From Eledone cirrhosa (lineage: Eukaryota), in NCBI GenBank assembly GCA_964016885.1, contig OZ024764.1, forward strand, positions 5,456,001 through 5,520,000: a stretch of 64,000 nucleotides of DNA. Direction: 5' to 3'. A program made the translations under genes and the position numbers. The notes beneath the pieces are model-generated. The model made no database searches. It worked only from the letters and a program-made list of their open reading frames with translations, and was not told the origin of the DNA. Shown one piece after another: positions 9,701-25,500 of the stretch (within the stretch, counting starts at the first letter, position 1; every line of letters begins with the position of its first letter).

Positions 9701-12700
9701 TCTCTCTAGATGTACCTACTGCTATAGTCTCACATTTAGACCTGTTTCTCTCTAGATATACCTACTGCTGTAGTCTCACATTTAGACCTGTTTCTCTCTA
9801 GATATACCTACTGCTATAGTATTACATTTAGACCTGTTTCTCTCTAGATATACCTACTGCTATAGTCTCACATTTAGACCTGTTTCTCTCTAGATATACC
9901 TACTGCTATAGTCTTACATTTAGACCTGTATCTCTCTAGATATACCTACAGCTATAGTCTCACATTTAGACCTATTTCTCTCGAGATATACCTATTGATA
10001 TAGTCTTACATTTAGACCTGCATCTCTCTAGATATACCTACTGCTATAGTCTCACATTTAGACCTGGTTCTCTCTAGATATACCTACTGATATAGTCTCA
10101 CATTTAGACCTGTTTCTCTCTAGATGTACCTACTGCTATAGTCTCACATTTAGACCTGTTTCTCTCTAGATGTACCTACTGCTATAGTCTTACATTTAGA
10201 CCTGTTCTTCTCTAGATGTAACTACTGCTATAGTCTCACATTTAGACCTGTTTCTCTCTAGATATACCTACTGCTATAGTCTCACATTTAGACCCGTTTC
10301 TCTCTAGATGTACCTACTGCTATAGTCTCACATTTAGACCTGTTTCTCTCTAGATATACCTACTGCTGTAGTCTCACATTTAGACCTGTTTCTCTCTAGA
10401 TATACCTACTGCTATAGTATTACATTTAGACCTGTTTCTCTCTAGATATACCTACTGCTATAGTCTCACATTTAGACCCGTTTCTCTCTAGATATACCTA
10501 CTGCTATAGTCTTACATTTAGACCTATATCTCTCTAGATATACCTACAGCTATAGTCTCACATTTAGACCTATTTCTCTCGAGATATACCTATTAATATA
10601 GTCTTACATTTAGACCTGTATCTCTCTAGATATACCTACTGCTATAGTCTCACATTTAGACCTGTTTCTCTCTAGATGTACCTACTGATATAGTCTTACA
10701 TTTAGACCTGTTTCTCTCTAGATGTACCTACTGCTATAGTCTTACATTTAGACCTGTTTCTCTCTAGATGTACCTACTGCTATAGTCTCACATTTAGACC
10801 TGTCTCTCTCTAGATATACCTACTGCTATAGTCTCACATTTAGACCTCTTTCTCTCTAGATATACCTACTGTTATAGTCTTACATTTAGACCTGTTTCTC
10901 TCTAGATATACCTACTGCTGTAGTCTCACATTTAGACCTGTTTCTCTCTAGATGTACCTACTGCTATAGTCTTACATTTAGACCTGTTTCTCTCTAGATA
11001 TACCTACTGCTATAGTCTCACTTTAGACCTGTTTCTCTCTAGATATACCTACTGCTATAGTCTCACATTTAGACTTGTTTCTCTCTAGATGTACCTACCG
11101 CTATAGTCTCACATTTAGACCTGTTTCTCTCTAGATATACCTACTGATATAGTCTTACATTTAGACCTGTTTCTCTCTAGATATACCTACTGATATAGTC
11201 TTACATTTAGACCTGTTTCTCTCTAGATGTACCTACTGCTATAGTCTCACATTTAGACCTGTTTCTCTCTAGATATACCTACTGCTATAGTCTTACATTT
11301 AGACCTGTTTCTCTCTAGATATACCTACAACTATAGTCTCACATTTAGACCTATTTCTATCTAGATATACCTACTGATATAGTCTTACATTTAGACCTGT
11401 TTCTCTCTAGATATACCTACTGCAATGGTCTTACATTTAGACCTGTTTCTCTCTAGATATACCTACTGATATAGTCTTACATTTAGACCTGCTTCTCTCT
11501 AGATATACCTACTGCAATGGTCTTACATTTAGACCTGTTTCTCTCTAGATATACCTACTGCTATAGTCTCACATTTAGACCTGTTTCTCTCTAGATGTAC
11601 CTACTGCTATAGTCTCACATTTAGACCGGTTTCTCTCTAGATATACCTACTGCTATAGTCTTACATTTAGACCTGCTTCTCTCTAGATATACCTACTGCT
11701 GTAGTCTCACATTTAGACCTGTCTCTCTCTAGATATACCTACTACTATAGTCTCACATTTAGACCTCTTTCTCTCTAGATGTACCTACTGCTATAGTCTT
11801 ACATTTAGACCTGTTCCTCTCTAGATGTACCTACTGCTATAGTCTCACATTTAGACCTGTTTCTCTCTAGATATACCTACTGCTATAGTCTCACATTTAG
11901 ACCCGTTTCTCTCTAGATGTACCTACTGCTATAGTCTCACATTTAGACCTGTTTCTCTCTAGATATACCTACTGCTGTAGTCTCACATTTAGACCTGTTT
12001 CTCTCTAGATATACCTACTGCTATAGTATTACATTTAGACCTGTTTCTCTCTAGATATACCTACTGCTATAGTCTCACATTTAGACCTGTTTCTCTCTAG
12101 ATATACCTACTGCTATAGTCTTACATTTAGACCTGTATCTCTCTAGATATACCTACAGCTATAGTCTCACATTTAGACCTATTTCTCTCGAGATATACCT
12201 ATTGATATAGTCTTACATTTAGACCTGTATCTCTCTAGATATACCTACTGCTATAGTCTCACATTTAGACCTGTTTCTCTCTAGATATACCTACTGCTAT
12301 AGTCTTACATTTAGACCTGTTTCTCTCTAGATATACCTACTGCTATAGTCTCACATTTAGACCTATTTCTATCTAGATATACCTACTGATATAGTCTCAC
12401 ATTTAGACCTGTTTCTCTCTAGATGTACCTACTGCTATAGTCTCACATTTAGACCTGTTTCTCACTAGATGTACCTACTGCTATAGTCTTACATTTAGAC
12501 CTGTTCTTCTCTAGATGTAACTACTGCTATAGTCTCACATTTAGACCTGTTTCTCTCTAGATATACCTACTGCTATAGTCTCACATTTAGACCCGTTTCT
12601 CTCTAGATGTACCTACTGCTATAGTCTCACATTTAGACCTGTTTCTCTCTAGATATACCTACTGCTGTAGTCTCACATTTAGACCTGTTTCTCTCTAGAT

Positions 12701-15700
12701 ATACCTACTGCTATAGTATTACATTTAGACCTGTTTCTCTCTAGATATACCTACTGCTATAGTCTCACATTTAGACCCGTTTCTCTCTAGATATACCTAC
12801 TGCTATAGTCTTACATTTAGACCTATATCTCTCTAGATATACCTACAGCTATAGTCTCACATTTAGACCTATTTCTCTCGAGATATACCTATTGATATAG
12901 TCTTACATTTAGACCTGTATCTCTCTAGATATACCTACTGCTATAGTCTCACATTTAGACCTGTTTCTCTCTAGATGTACCTACTGATATAGTCTTACAT
13001 TTAGACCTGTTTCTCTCTAGATGTACCTACTGCTATAGTCTTACATTTAGACCTGTTTCTCTCTAGATGTACCTACTGCTATAGTCTCACATTTAGACCT
13101 GTCTCTCTCTAGATATACCTACCGCTATAGTCTCACATTTAGACCTCTTTCTCTCTAGATATACCTACTGTTATAGTCTTACATTTAGACCTGTTTCTCT
13201 CTAGATATACCTACTGCTGTAGTCTCACATTTAGACCTGTTTCTCTCTAGATGTACCTACTGCTATAGTCTTACATTTAGACCTGTTTCTCTCTAGATAT
13301 ACCTACTGCTATAGTCTCACTTTAGACCTGTTTCTCTCTAGATATACCTACTGCTATAGTCTCACATTTAGACTTGTTTCTCTCTAGATGTACCTACCGC
13401 TATAGTCTCACATTTAGACCTGTTTCTCTCTAGATATACCTACTGATATAGTCTTACATTTAGACCTGTTTCTCTCTAGATATACCTACTGATATAGTCT
13501 TACATTTAGACCTGTTTCTCTCTAGATGTACCTACTGCTATAGTCTCACATTTAGACCTGTTTCTCTCTAGATATACCTACTGCTATAGTCTTACATTTA
13601 GACCTGTTTCTCTCTAGATATACCTACAACTATAGTCTCACATTTAGACCTATTTCTATCTAGATATACCTACTGATATAGTCTTACATTTAGACCTGTT
13701 TCTCTCTAGATATACCTACTGCAATGGTCTTACATTTAGACCTGTTTCTCTCTAGATATACCTACTGCTATAGTCTCACATTTAGACCTATTTCTCTCTA
13801 GATATACCTACTGATATAGTCTTACATTTAGACCTGCTTCTCTCTAGATATACCTACTGCAATGGTCTTACATTTAGACCTGTTTCTCTCTAGATATACC
13901 TACTGCTATAGTCTCACATTTAGACCTGTTTCTCTCTAGATGTACCTACTGCTATAGTCTCACATTTAGACCGGTTTCTCTCTAGATATACCTACTGCTG
14001 TAGTCTCACAGTTAGACCTGTTTCTCTCTAGATATACCTACTGCTATAGTCATACATTTAGACCTGTTTTTCTCTAGATATACCCACAGCTATAGTCTCA
14101 CAATTAGACCTGTTTCTCTCTAGATATACCTACTGTAATGGTCTTACATTTAGACCTGTTTCTCACTAGATATACCTACTGCTATAGTCTCACATTTAGA
14201 CCTCTTTCTCTCTAGATATACCTACTGCTGTAGTCTCACATTTAGACCCATTTCTCTCTAGATATACCTACTGCTATAGTCTCACATTTAGACCTCCTTC
14301 TCTCTAGATGTACCTACTGCTATAGTCTTACATTTAGACCTGTTCCTCTGAAGATGTACCTACTGCTATAGTCTCACATTTAGACCTGTTTCTCTCTAGA
14401 TATACCTACTGCTATAGTCTCACATTTAGACCCGTTTCTCTCTAGATGTACCTACTGCTATAGTCTCACATTTAGACCTGTTTCTCTCTAGATATACCTA
14501 CTGCTGTAGTCTCACATTTAGACCTGTTTCTCTCTAGATATACCTACTGCTATAGTATTACATTTAGACCCGTTTCTCTCTAGATATACCTACTGCTATA
14601 GTCTCACATTTAGACCTGTTTCTCTCTAGATATACCTACTGCTATAGTCTTACATTTAGACCTGTATCTCTCTAGATATACCTACAGCTATAGTCTCACA
14701 TTTAGACCTATTTCTCTCGAGATATACCTATTGATATAGTCTTACATTTAGACCTGTATCTCTCTAGATATACCTACTGCTATAGTCTCACATTTAGACC
14801 TGTTTCTCTCTGGATATACCTACTGCTATAGTCTTACATTTAGGCCTGTTTCTCTCTAGATGTACCTACTGCTATAGTCTCACATTTAGACCGGTTTCTC
14901 TCTAGATATACCTACTGCTGTAGTCTCACAGTTAGACCTGTTTCTCTCTAGATATACCTACTGCTATAGTCTTACATTTAGACCTGTTTCTCTCTAGATA
15001 TACCTACTGTAATGGTCTTACATTTAGACCTGTTTCTCACTAGATATACCTACTGCTATAGTCTCACATTTAGACCTCTTTCTCTCTAGATATACCTACT
15101 GCTGTAGTCTCACATTTCGACCCGTTTCTCTCTAGATATACCTACTGCTATAGTCTCACATTTAGACCCGTTTCTCTCTAGATATACCTACTGCTATAGT
15201 CTTACATTTAGACCTGCTTCTTTCTAGATATACCTACTGCTATAGTCTCACATTTGGACCTGTCTCTCTCTAGATATACCTACTACTATAGTCTCACATT
15301 TAGACCTCTTTCTCTCTAGATGTACCTACTGCTATAGTCTTACATTTAGACCTGTTCCTCTCTAGATGTACCTACTGCTATAGTCTCACATTTAGACCTG
15401 TTTCTCTCTAGATATACCTACTGCTATAGTCTCACATTTAGACCCGTTTCTCTCTAGATGTACCTACTGATATAGTCTCACATTTAGACCTGTTTCTCTC
15501 TAGATATACCTACTGCTGTAATCTCACATTTAGACCTGTTTCTCTCTAGATATACCTACTGCTATAGTATTACATTCAGACCTGTTTCTCTCTAGATATA
15601 CCTACTGCTATAGTCTTACATTTAGACCTGTATCTCTCTAGATATACCTACAGCTATAGTCTCACATTTAGACCTATTTCTCTCGAGATATACCTATTGA

Positions 15701-18700
15701 TATAGTCTTACATTTAGACCTGTATCTCTCTAGATATACCTACTGCTATAGTCTCACATTTAGACCTGTTTCTCTCTAGATATACCTACTGCTATAGTCT
15801 TACATTTAGACCTGTTTCTCTCTAGATATACCTACTGCTATAGTCTCACATTTAGACCTGGTTCTCTCTAGATGTATCTACTGATATAGTCTCACATTTA
15901 GACCTGTTTCTCTCTAGATGTACCTACTGCTATAGTCTTACATTTAGACCTGTTTCTCTCTAGATGTACCTACTGCTATAGTCTTACATTTAGACCTGTT
16001 TCTCTCTAGATGTACCTACTGCTATAGTCTTACATTTAGACCTGTTTCTCTCTAGATGTACCTACTGATATAGTCTCACATTTAGACCTGTTTCTCTCTA
16101 GATGTACCTACTGCTATAGTCTCACATTTAGACCTGTTTCTCTCTAGATATACCTACTGCTATAGTCTCACATTTAGACCTGTCTCTCTCTAGATATACC
16201 TACTGCTATAGTCTCACATTTAGACCTCTTTCTCTCTAGATATACCTACTGTTATAGTCTTACATTTAGACCTGTTTCTCTCTAGATATACCTACTGCTG
16301 TAGTCTCACATTTAGACCTGTTTCTCTCTAGATATACCTACTGCTATAGTCTTACATTTAGACCTGTTTCTCTCTAGATATACCTACAACTATAGTCTCA
16401 CATTTAGACCTATTTCTATCTAGATATACCTACTGATATAGTCTTACATTTAGACCTGTTTCTCTCTAGATATACCTACTGCTGTAGTCTCACATTTAGA
16501 CTTGTTTCTCTCCAGATGTACCTACTGCTATAGTCTCACATTTAGACCTGTTTCTCCCTAGATATACCTACTGATATAGTCTTACATTTAGACCTGTTTC
16601 TCTCTAGATATACCTACTGATATAGTCTTACATTTAGACCTGTTTCTCTCTAGATGTACCTACTGCTATAGTCTCACATTTAGACCTGTTTCTCTCTAGA
16701 TATACCTACTGCTATAGTCTTACATTTAGACCTTTTTCTCTCTAGATATACCTACTGCAATGGTCTTACATTTAGACCCGTTTCTCTCTAGATATACCTA
16801 CTGCTATAGTCTCACATTTAGACCTATTTCTCTCTAGATATACCTACTGATATAGTCTTACATTTAGACCTGCTTCTCTCTAGATATACCTACTGCAATG
16901 GTCTTACATTTAGACCTGTTTCTCTCTAGATATACCTACTGCTATAGTCTCACATTTAGACCTGTTTCTCTCTAGATGTACCTACTGCTATAGTCTCACA
17001 TTTAGACCGGTTTCTCTCTAGATATACCTACTGCTGTAGTCTCACAGTTAGACCTGTTTCTCTCTAGATATACCTACTGCTATAGTCTTACATTTAGACC
17101 TGTTTCTCTCTAGATATACCTACAGCTATAGTCTCACAATTAGACCTATTTCTCTCTAGATGTACCTATTGATATAGTCTTACATTTAGACCTGTTTCTC
17201 TCTAGATATACCTACTGTAATGGTCTTACATTTAGACCTGTTTCTCACTAGATATACCTACTGCTATAGTCTCACATTTAGACCTCTTTCCCTCTAGATA
17301 TACCTACTGCTATAGTCTCACATTTAGACCTGTTTCTCTCTAGATATACCTACTGCTATCGTCTTACATTTAGACCTGCTTCTCTCTAGATATACCTACT
17401 GCTATAGTCTCACATTTAGACCTGTCTCTCTCTAGATATACCTACTACTATAGTCTCACATTTAGACCTCTTTCTCTCTAGATGTACCTACTGCTATAGT
17501 CTTACATTTAGACCTGTTCCTCTCTAGATGTACCTACTGCTATAGTCTCACATTTAGACCTGTTTCTCTCTAGATATACCTACTGCTATAGTCTCACATT
17601 TAGACCCGTTTCTCTCTAGATGTACCTACTGCTATAGTCTCACATTTAGACCTGTTTCTCTCTAGATATACCTACTGCTGTAGTCTCACATTTAGACCTG
17701 TTTCTCTCTAGATATACCTCCTGCTATAGTATTACATTTAGACCTGTTTCTCTCTAGATATACCTACTGCTATAGTCTCACATTTAGACCTGTTTCTCTC
17801 TAGATATACCTACTGCTATAGTCTTACATTTAGACCTGTATCTCTCTAGATATACCTACAGCTATAGTCTCACATTTAGACCTATTTCTCTCGAGATATA
17901 CCTATTGATATAGTCTTACATTTAGACCTGCATCTCTCTAGATATACCTACTGCTATAGTCTCACATTTAGACCTGGTTCTCTCTAGATATACCTACTGA
18001 TATAGTCTCACATTTAGACCTGTTTCTCTCTAGATGTACCTACTGCTATAGTCTCACATTTAGACCTGTTTCTCTCTAGATGTACCTACTGCTATAGTCT
18101 TACATTTAGACCTGTTCTTCTCTAGATGTAACTACTGCTATAGTCTCACATTTAGACCTGTTTCTCTCTAGATATACCTACTGCTATAGTCTCACATTTA
18201 GACCCGTTTCTCTCTAGATGTACCTACTGCTATAGTCTCACATTTAGACCTGTTTCTCTCTAGATATACCTACTGCTGTAGTCTCACATTTAGACCTGTT
18301 TCTCTCTAGATATACCTACTGCTATAGTATTACATTTAGACCTGTTTCTCTCTAGATATACCTACTGCTATAGTCTCACATTTAGACCCGTTTCTCTCTA
18401 GATATACCTACTGCTATAGTCTTACATTTAGACCTATATCTCTCTAGATATACCTACAGCTATAGTCTCACATTTAGACCTATTTCTCTCGAGATATACC
18501 TATTAATATAGTCTTACATTTAGACCTGTATCTCTCTAGATATACCTACTGCTATAGTCTCACATTTAGACCTGTTTCTCTCTAGATGTACCTACTGATA
18601 TAGTCTTACATTTAGACCTGTTTCTCTCTAGATGTACCTACTGCTATAGTCTTACATTTAGACCTGTTTCTCTCTAGATGTACCTACTGCTATAGTCTCA

Positions 18701-19564
18701 CATTTAGACCTGTCTCTCTCTAGATATACCTACTGCTATAGTCTCACATTTAGACCTCTTTCTCTCTAGATATACCTACTGTTATAGTCTTACATTTAGA
18801 CCTGTTTCTCTCTAGATATACCTACTGCTGTAGTCTCACATTTAGACCTGTTTCTCTCTAGATGTACCTACTGCTATAGTCTTACATTTAGACCTGTTTC
18901 TCTCTAGATATACCTACTGCTATAGTCTCACTTTAGACCTGTTTCTCTCTAGATATACCTACTGCTATAGTCTCACATTTAGACTTGTTTCTCTCTAGAT
19001 GTACCTACCGCTATAGTCTCACATTTAGACCTGTTTCTCTCTAGATATACCTACTGATATAGTCTTACATTTAGACCTGTTTCTCTCTAGATATACCTAC
19101 TGATATAGTCTTACATTTAGACCTGTTTCTCTCTAGATGTACCTACTGCTATAGTCTCACATTTAGACCTGTTTCTCTCTAGATATACCTACTGCTATAG
19201 TCTTACATTTAGACCTGTTTCTCTCTAGATATACCTACAACTATAGTCTCACATTTAGACCTATTTCTATCTAGATATACCTACTGATATAGTCTTACAT
19301 TTAGACCTGTTTCTCTCTAGATATACCTACTGCAATGGTCTTACATTTAGACCTGTTTCTCTCTAGATATACCTACTGATATAGTCTTACATTTAGACCT
19401 GCTTCTCTCTAGATATACCTACTGCAATGGTCTTACATTTAGACCTGTTTCTCTCTAGATATACCTACTGCTATAGTCTCACATTTAGACCTGTTTCTCT
19501 CTAGATGTACCTACTGCTATAGTCTCACATTTAGACCGGTTTCTCTCTAGATATACCTACTGCT
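3719..19564. repeat. Near-perfect 7910-bp (172-monomer) tandem duplication within the satellite
   Basis: Rare variants recur at exactly +7910: deletion monomers 5411/13321 and 11021/18931, CATACATTT 6141/14051, CTCTGAAG about 6436/14346, CTGGATA about 6900/14810. Confidence 0.93.
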
Positions 19565-22500
19565 GTAGTCTCACAGTTAGACCTGTTTCTCTCTAGATAT
19601 ACCTACTGCTATAGTCTTACATTTAGACCTGTTTCTCTCTAGATATACCTACAGCTATAGTCTCACAATTAGACCTGTTTCTCTCTAGATATACCTACTG
19701 TAATGGTCTTACATTTAGACCTGTTTCTCACTAGATATACCTACTGCTATAGTCTCACATTTAGATCTCTTTCTCTCTAGATATACCTACTGCTGTAGTC
19801 TCACATTTAGACCCATTTCTCTCTAGATATACCTACTGCTATAGTCTCACATTTAGACCTCCTTCTCTCTAGATGTACCTACTGCTATAGTCTTACATTT
19901 AGACCTGTTCCTCTGAAGATGTACCTACTGCTATAGTCTCACATTTAGACCTGTTTCTCTCTAGATATACCCACTGCTATAGTCTCACATTTAGACCCGT
20001 TTCTCTCTAGATGTACCTACTGCTATAGTCTCACATTTAGACCTGTTTCTCTCTAGATATACCTACTGCTGTAGTCTCACATTTAGACCTGTTTCTCTCT
20101 AGATATACCTACTGCTATAGTATTACATTTAGACCCGTTTCTCTCTAGATATACCTACTGCTATAGTCTCACATTTAGACCTGTTTCTCTCTAGATATAC
20201 CTACTGCTGTAGTCTTACATTTAGACCTGTATCTCTCTAGATATACCTACAGCTATAGTCTCACATTTAGACCTATTTCTCTCGAGATATACCTATTGAT
20301 ATAGTCTTACATTTAGACCTGTATCTCTCTAGATATACCTACTGCTATAGTCTCACATTTAGACCTGTTTCTCTCTAGATATACCTACTGCTATAGTCTT
20401 ACATTTAGGCCTGTTTCTCTCTAGATGTACCTACTGCTATAGTCTCACATTTAGACCGGTTTCTCTCTAGATATACCTACTGCTGTAGTCTCACAGTTAG
20501 ACCTGTTTCTCTCTAGATATACCTACTGCTATAGTCTTACATTTAGACCTGTTTCTCACTAGATATACCTACTGCTATAGTCTCACATTTAGACCTCTTT
20601 CTCTCTAGATATACCTACTGCTGTAGTCTCACATTTCGACCCGTTTCTCTCTAGATATACCTACTGCTATAGTCTCACATTTAGACCCGTTTCTCTCTAG
20701 ATATACCTACTGCTATAGTCTTACATTTAGACCTGCTTCTTTCTAGATATACCTACTGCTATAGTCTCACATTTGGACCTGTCTCTCTCTAGATATACCT
20801 ACTACTATAGTCTCACATTTAGACCTCTTTCTCTCTAGATGTACCTACTGCTATAGTCTTACATTTAGACCTGTTCCTCTCTAGATGTACCTACTGCTAT
20901 AGTCTCACATTTAGACCTGTTTCTCTCTAGATATACCTACTGCTATAGTCTCACATTTAGACCCGTTTCTCTCTAGATGTACCTACTGATATAGTCTCAC
21001 ATTTAGACCTGTTTCTCTCTAGATATACCTACTGCTGTAGTCTCACATTTAGACCTGTTTCTCTCTAGATATACCTACTGCTATAGTATTACATTCAGAC
21101 CTGTTTCTCTCTAGATATACCTACTGCTATAGTCTTACATTTAGACCTGTTTCTCTCTAGATATACCTACTGCTATAGTCTCACATTTAGACCTGGTTCT
21201 CTCTAGATGTACCTACTGATATAGTCTCACATTTAGACCTGTTTCTCTCTAGATGTACCTACTGCTATAGTCTTACATTTAGACCTGTTTCTCTCTAGAT
21301 GTACCTACTGCTATAGTCTTACATTTAGACCTGTTTCTCTCTAGATGTACCTACTGCTATAGTCTTACATTTAGACCTGTTTCTCTCTAGATGTACCTAC
21401 TGATATAGTCTCACATTTAGACCTGTTTCTCTCTAGATGTACCTACTGCTATAGTCTCACATTTAGACCTGTTTCTCTCTAGATATACCTACTGCTATAG
21501 TCTCACATTTAGACCTGTCTCTCTCTAGATATACCTACTGCTATAGTCTCACATTTAGACCTCTTTCTCTCTAGATATACCTACTGTTATAGTCTTACAT
21601 TTAGACCTGTTTCTCTCTAGATATACCTACAACTATAGTCTCACATTTAGACCTATTTCTATCTAGATATACCTACTGATATAGTCTTACATTTAGACCT
21701 GTTTCTCTCTAGATATACCTACTGCAATGGTCTTACATTTAGACCTGTTTCTCTCTAGATATACCTACTGCTGTAGTCTCACATTTAGACCTATTTCTCT
21801 CTAGATATACCTACTGCTATAGTATTACATTCAGACCTGTTTCTCTCTAGATATACCTACTGCTATAGTCTTACATTTAGACCTGTATCTCTCTAGATAT
21901 ACCTACAGCTATAGTCTCACATTTAGACCTATTTCTCTCGAGATATACCTATTGATATAGTCTTACATTTAGACCTCTATCTCTCTAGATATACCTACTG
22001 CTATAGTCTCACATTTAGACCTGTTTCTCTCTAGATATACCTACTGCTATAGTCTTACATTTAGACCTGTTTCTCTCTAGATATACCTACTGCTATAGTC
22101 TCACATTTAGACCTGGTTCTCTCTAGATGTACCTACTGATATAGTCTCACATTTAGACCTGTTTCTCTCTAGATGTACCTACTGCTATAGTCTTACATTT
22201 AGACCTGTTTCTCTCTAGATGTACCTACTGCTATAGTCTTACATTTAGACCTGTTTCTCTCTAGATATACCTACAACTATAGTCTCACATTTAGACCTAT
22301 TTCTATCTAGATATACCTACTGATATAGTCTTACATTTAGACCTGTTTCTCTCTAGATATACCTACAGCTATAGTCTCACATTTAGACCTATTTCTCTCG
22401 AGATATACCTACTGCTGTAGTCTCACATTTAGACCCATTTCTCTCTAGATATACCTACTGCTATAGTCTCACATTTAGACCTCCTTCTCTCTAGATGTAC

Positions 22501-25500
22501 CTACTGCTATAGTCTTACATTTAGACCTGTTCCTCTGAAGATGTACCTACTGCTATAGTCTCACATTTAGACCTGTTTCTCTCTAGATATACCTACTGCT
22601 ATAGTCTCACATTTAGACCCGTTTCTCTCTAGATGTACCTACTGCTATAGTCTCACATTTAGACCTGTTTCTCTCTAGATATACCTACTGCTGTAGTCTC
22701 ACATTTAGACCTGTTTCTCTCTAGATATACCTACTGCTATAGTATTACATTTAGACCCGTTTCTCTCTAGATATACCTACTGCTATAGTCTCACATTTAG
22801 ACCTGTTTCTCTCTAGATATACCTACTGCTATAGTCTTACATTTAGACCTGTATCTCTCTAGATATACCTACAGCTATAGTCTCACATTTAGACCTATTT
22901 CTCTCGAGATATACCTATTGATATAGTCTTACATTTAGACCTGTATCTCTCTAGATATACCTACTGCTATAGTCTCACATTTAGACCTGTTTCTCTCTAG
23001 ATATACCTACTGCTATAGTCTTACATTTAGGCCTGTTTCTCTCTAGATGTACCTACTGCTATAGTCTCACATTTAGACCGGTTTCTCTCTAGATATACCT
23101 ACTGCTGTAGTCTCACAGTTAGACCGGTTTCTCTCTAGATATACCTACTGCTATAGTCTTACATTTAGACCTGTTTCTCTCTAGATATACCTACTGTAAT
23201 GGTCTTACATTTAGACCTGTTTCTCACTAGATATACCTACTGCTATAGTCTCACATTTAGACCTCTTTCTCTCTAGATATACCTACTGCTGTAGTCTCAC
23301 ATTTCGACCCGTTTCTCTCTAGATATACCTACTGCTATAGTCTCACATTTAGACCCGTTTCTCTCTAGATATACCTACTGCTATAGTCTTACATTTAGAC
23401 CTGCTTCTTTCTAGATATACCTACTGCTATAGTCTCACATTTGGACCAGTCTCTCTCTAGATATACCTACTACTATAGTCTCACATTTAGACCTCTTTCT
23501 CTCTAGATGTACCTACTGCTATAGTCTTACATTTAGACCTGTTCCTCTCTAGATGTACCTACTGCTATAGTCTCACATTTAGACCTGTTTCTCTCTAGAT
23601 ATACCTACTGCTATAGTCTCACATTTAGACCCGTTTCTCTCTAGATGTACCTACTGATATAGTCTCACATTTAGACCTGTTTCTCTCTAGATATACCTAC
23701 TGCTGTAGTCTCACATTTAGACCTGTTTCTCTCTAGATATACCTACTGCTATAGTATTACATTCAGACCTGTTTCTCTCTAGATATACCTACTGCTATAG
23801 TCTTACATTTAGACCTGTATCTCTCTAGATATACCTACAGCTATAGTCTCACATTTAGACCTATTTCTGTCGAGATATACCTATTGATATAGTCTTACAT
23901 TTAGACCTGTATCTCTCTAGATATACCTACTGCTATAGTCTCACATTTAGACCTGTTTCTCTCTAGATATACCTACTGCTATAGTCTTACATTTAGACCT
24001 GTTTCTCTCTAGATATACCTACTGCTATAGTCTCACATTTAGACCTGGTTCTCTCTAGATGTACCTACTGATATAGTCTCACATTTAGACCTGTTTCTCT
24101 CTAGATGTACCTACTGCTATAGTCTTACATTTAGACCTGTTTCTCTCTAGATGTACCTACTGCTATAGTCTTACATTTAGACCTGTTTCTCTCTAGATAT
24201 ACCTACAACTATAGTCTCACATTTAGACCTATTTCTATCTAGATATACCTACTGATATAGTCTTACATTTAGACCTGTTTCTCTCTAGATATACCTACTG
24301 CAATGGTATTACATTTAGACCTGTTTCTCTCTAGATATACCTACTGCTGTAGTCTCACATTTAGACCTATTTCTCTCTAGATATACCTACTGCTATAGTA
24401 TTACATTCAGACCTGTTTCTCTCTAGATATACCTACTGCTATAGTCTTACATTTAGACCTGTATCTCTCTAGATATACCTACAGCTATAGTCTCACATTT
24501 AGACCTATTTCTCTCGAGATATACCTATTGATATAGTCTTACATTTAGACCTGTATCTCTCTAGATATACCTACTGCTATAGTCTCACATTTAGACCTGT
24601 TTCTCTCTAGATATACCTACTGCTATAGTCTTACATTTAGACCTGTTTCTCTCTAGATATACCTACTGCTATAGTCTCACATTTAGACCTGGTTCTCTCT
24701 AGATGTACCTACTGATATAGTCTCACATTTAGACCTGTTTCTCTCTAGATGTACCTACTGCTATAGTCTTACATTTAGACCTGTTTCTCTCTAGATGTAC
24801 CTACTGCTATAGTCTTACATTTAGACCTGTTTCTCTCTAGATATACCTACAACTATAGTCTCACATTTAGACCTATTTCTATCTAGATATACCTACTGAT
24901 ATAGTCTTACATTTAGACCTGTTTCTCTCTAGATATACCTACTGCAATGGTCTTACATTTAGACCTGTTTCCCTCTAGATATACCTACTGCTATAGTCTC
25001 ACATTTAGACCTGTTTCTCTCTAGATGTACCTACTGCTATAGTCTCACATTTAGACCGGTTTCTCTCTAGATATACCTACTGCTGTAGTCTCACAGTTAG
25101 ACCTGTTTCTCTCTAGATATACCTACTGCTATAGTCTTACATTTAGACCTGTTTCTCTCTAGATATACCTACAGCTATAGTCTCACAATTAGACCTGTTT
25201 CTCTCTAGATATACCTACTGTAATGGTCTTACATTTAGACCTGTTTCTCACTAGATATACCTACTGCTATAGTCTCACATTTAGACCTCTTTCTCTCTAG
25301 ATATACCTACTGCTGTAGTCTCACATTTAGACCCATTTCTCTCTAGATATACCTACTGCTATAGTCTCACATTTAGACCTCCTTCTCTCTAGATGTACCT
25401 ACTGCTATAGTCTTACATTTAGACCTGTTCCTCTCTAGATGTACCTACTGCTATAGTCTCACATTTAGACCTGTTTCTCTCTAGATATACCTACTGCTAT

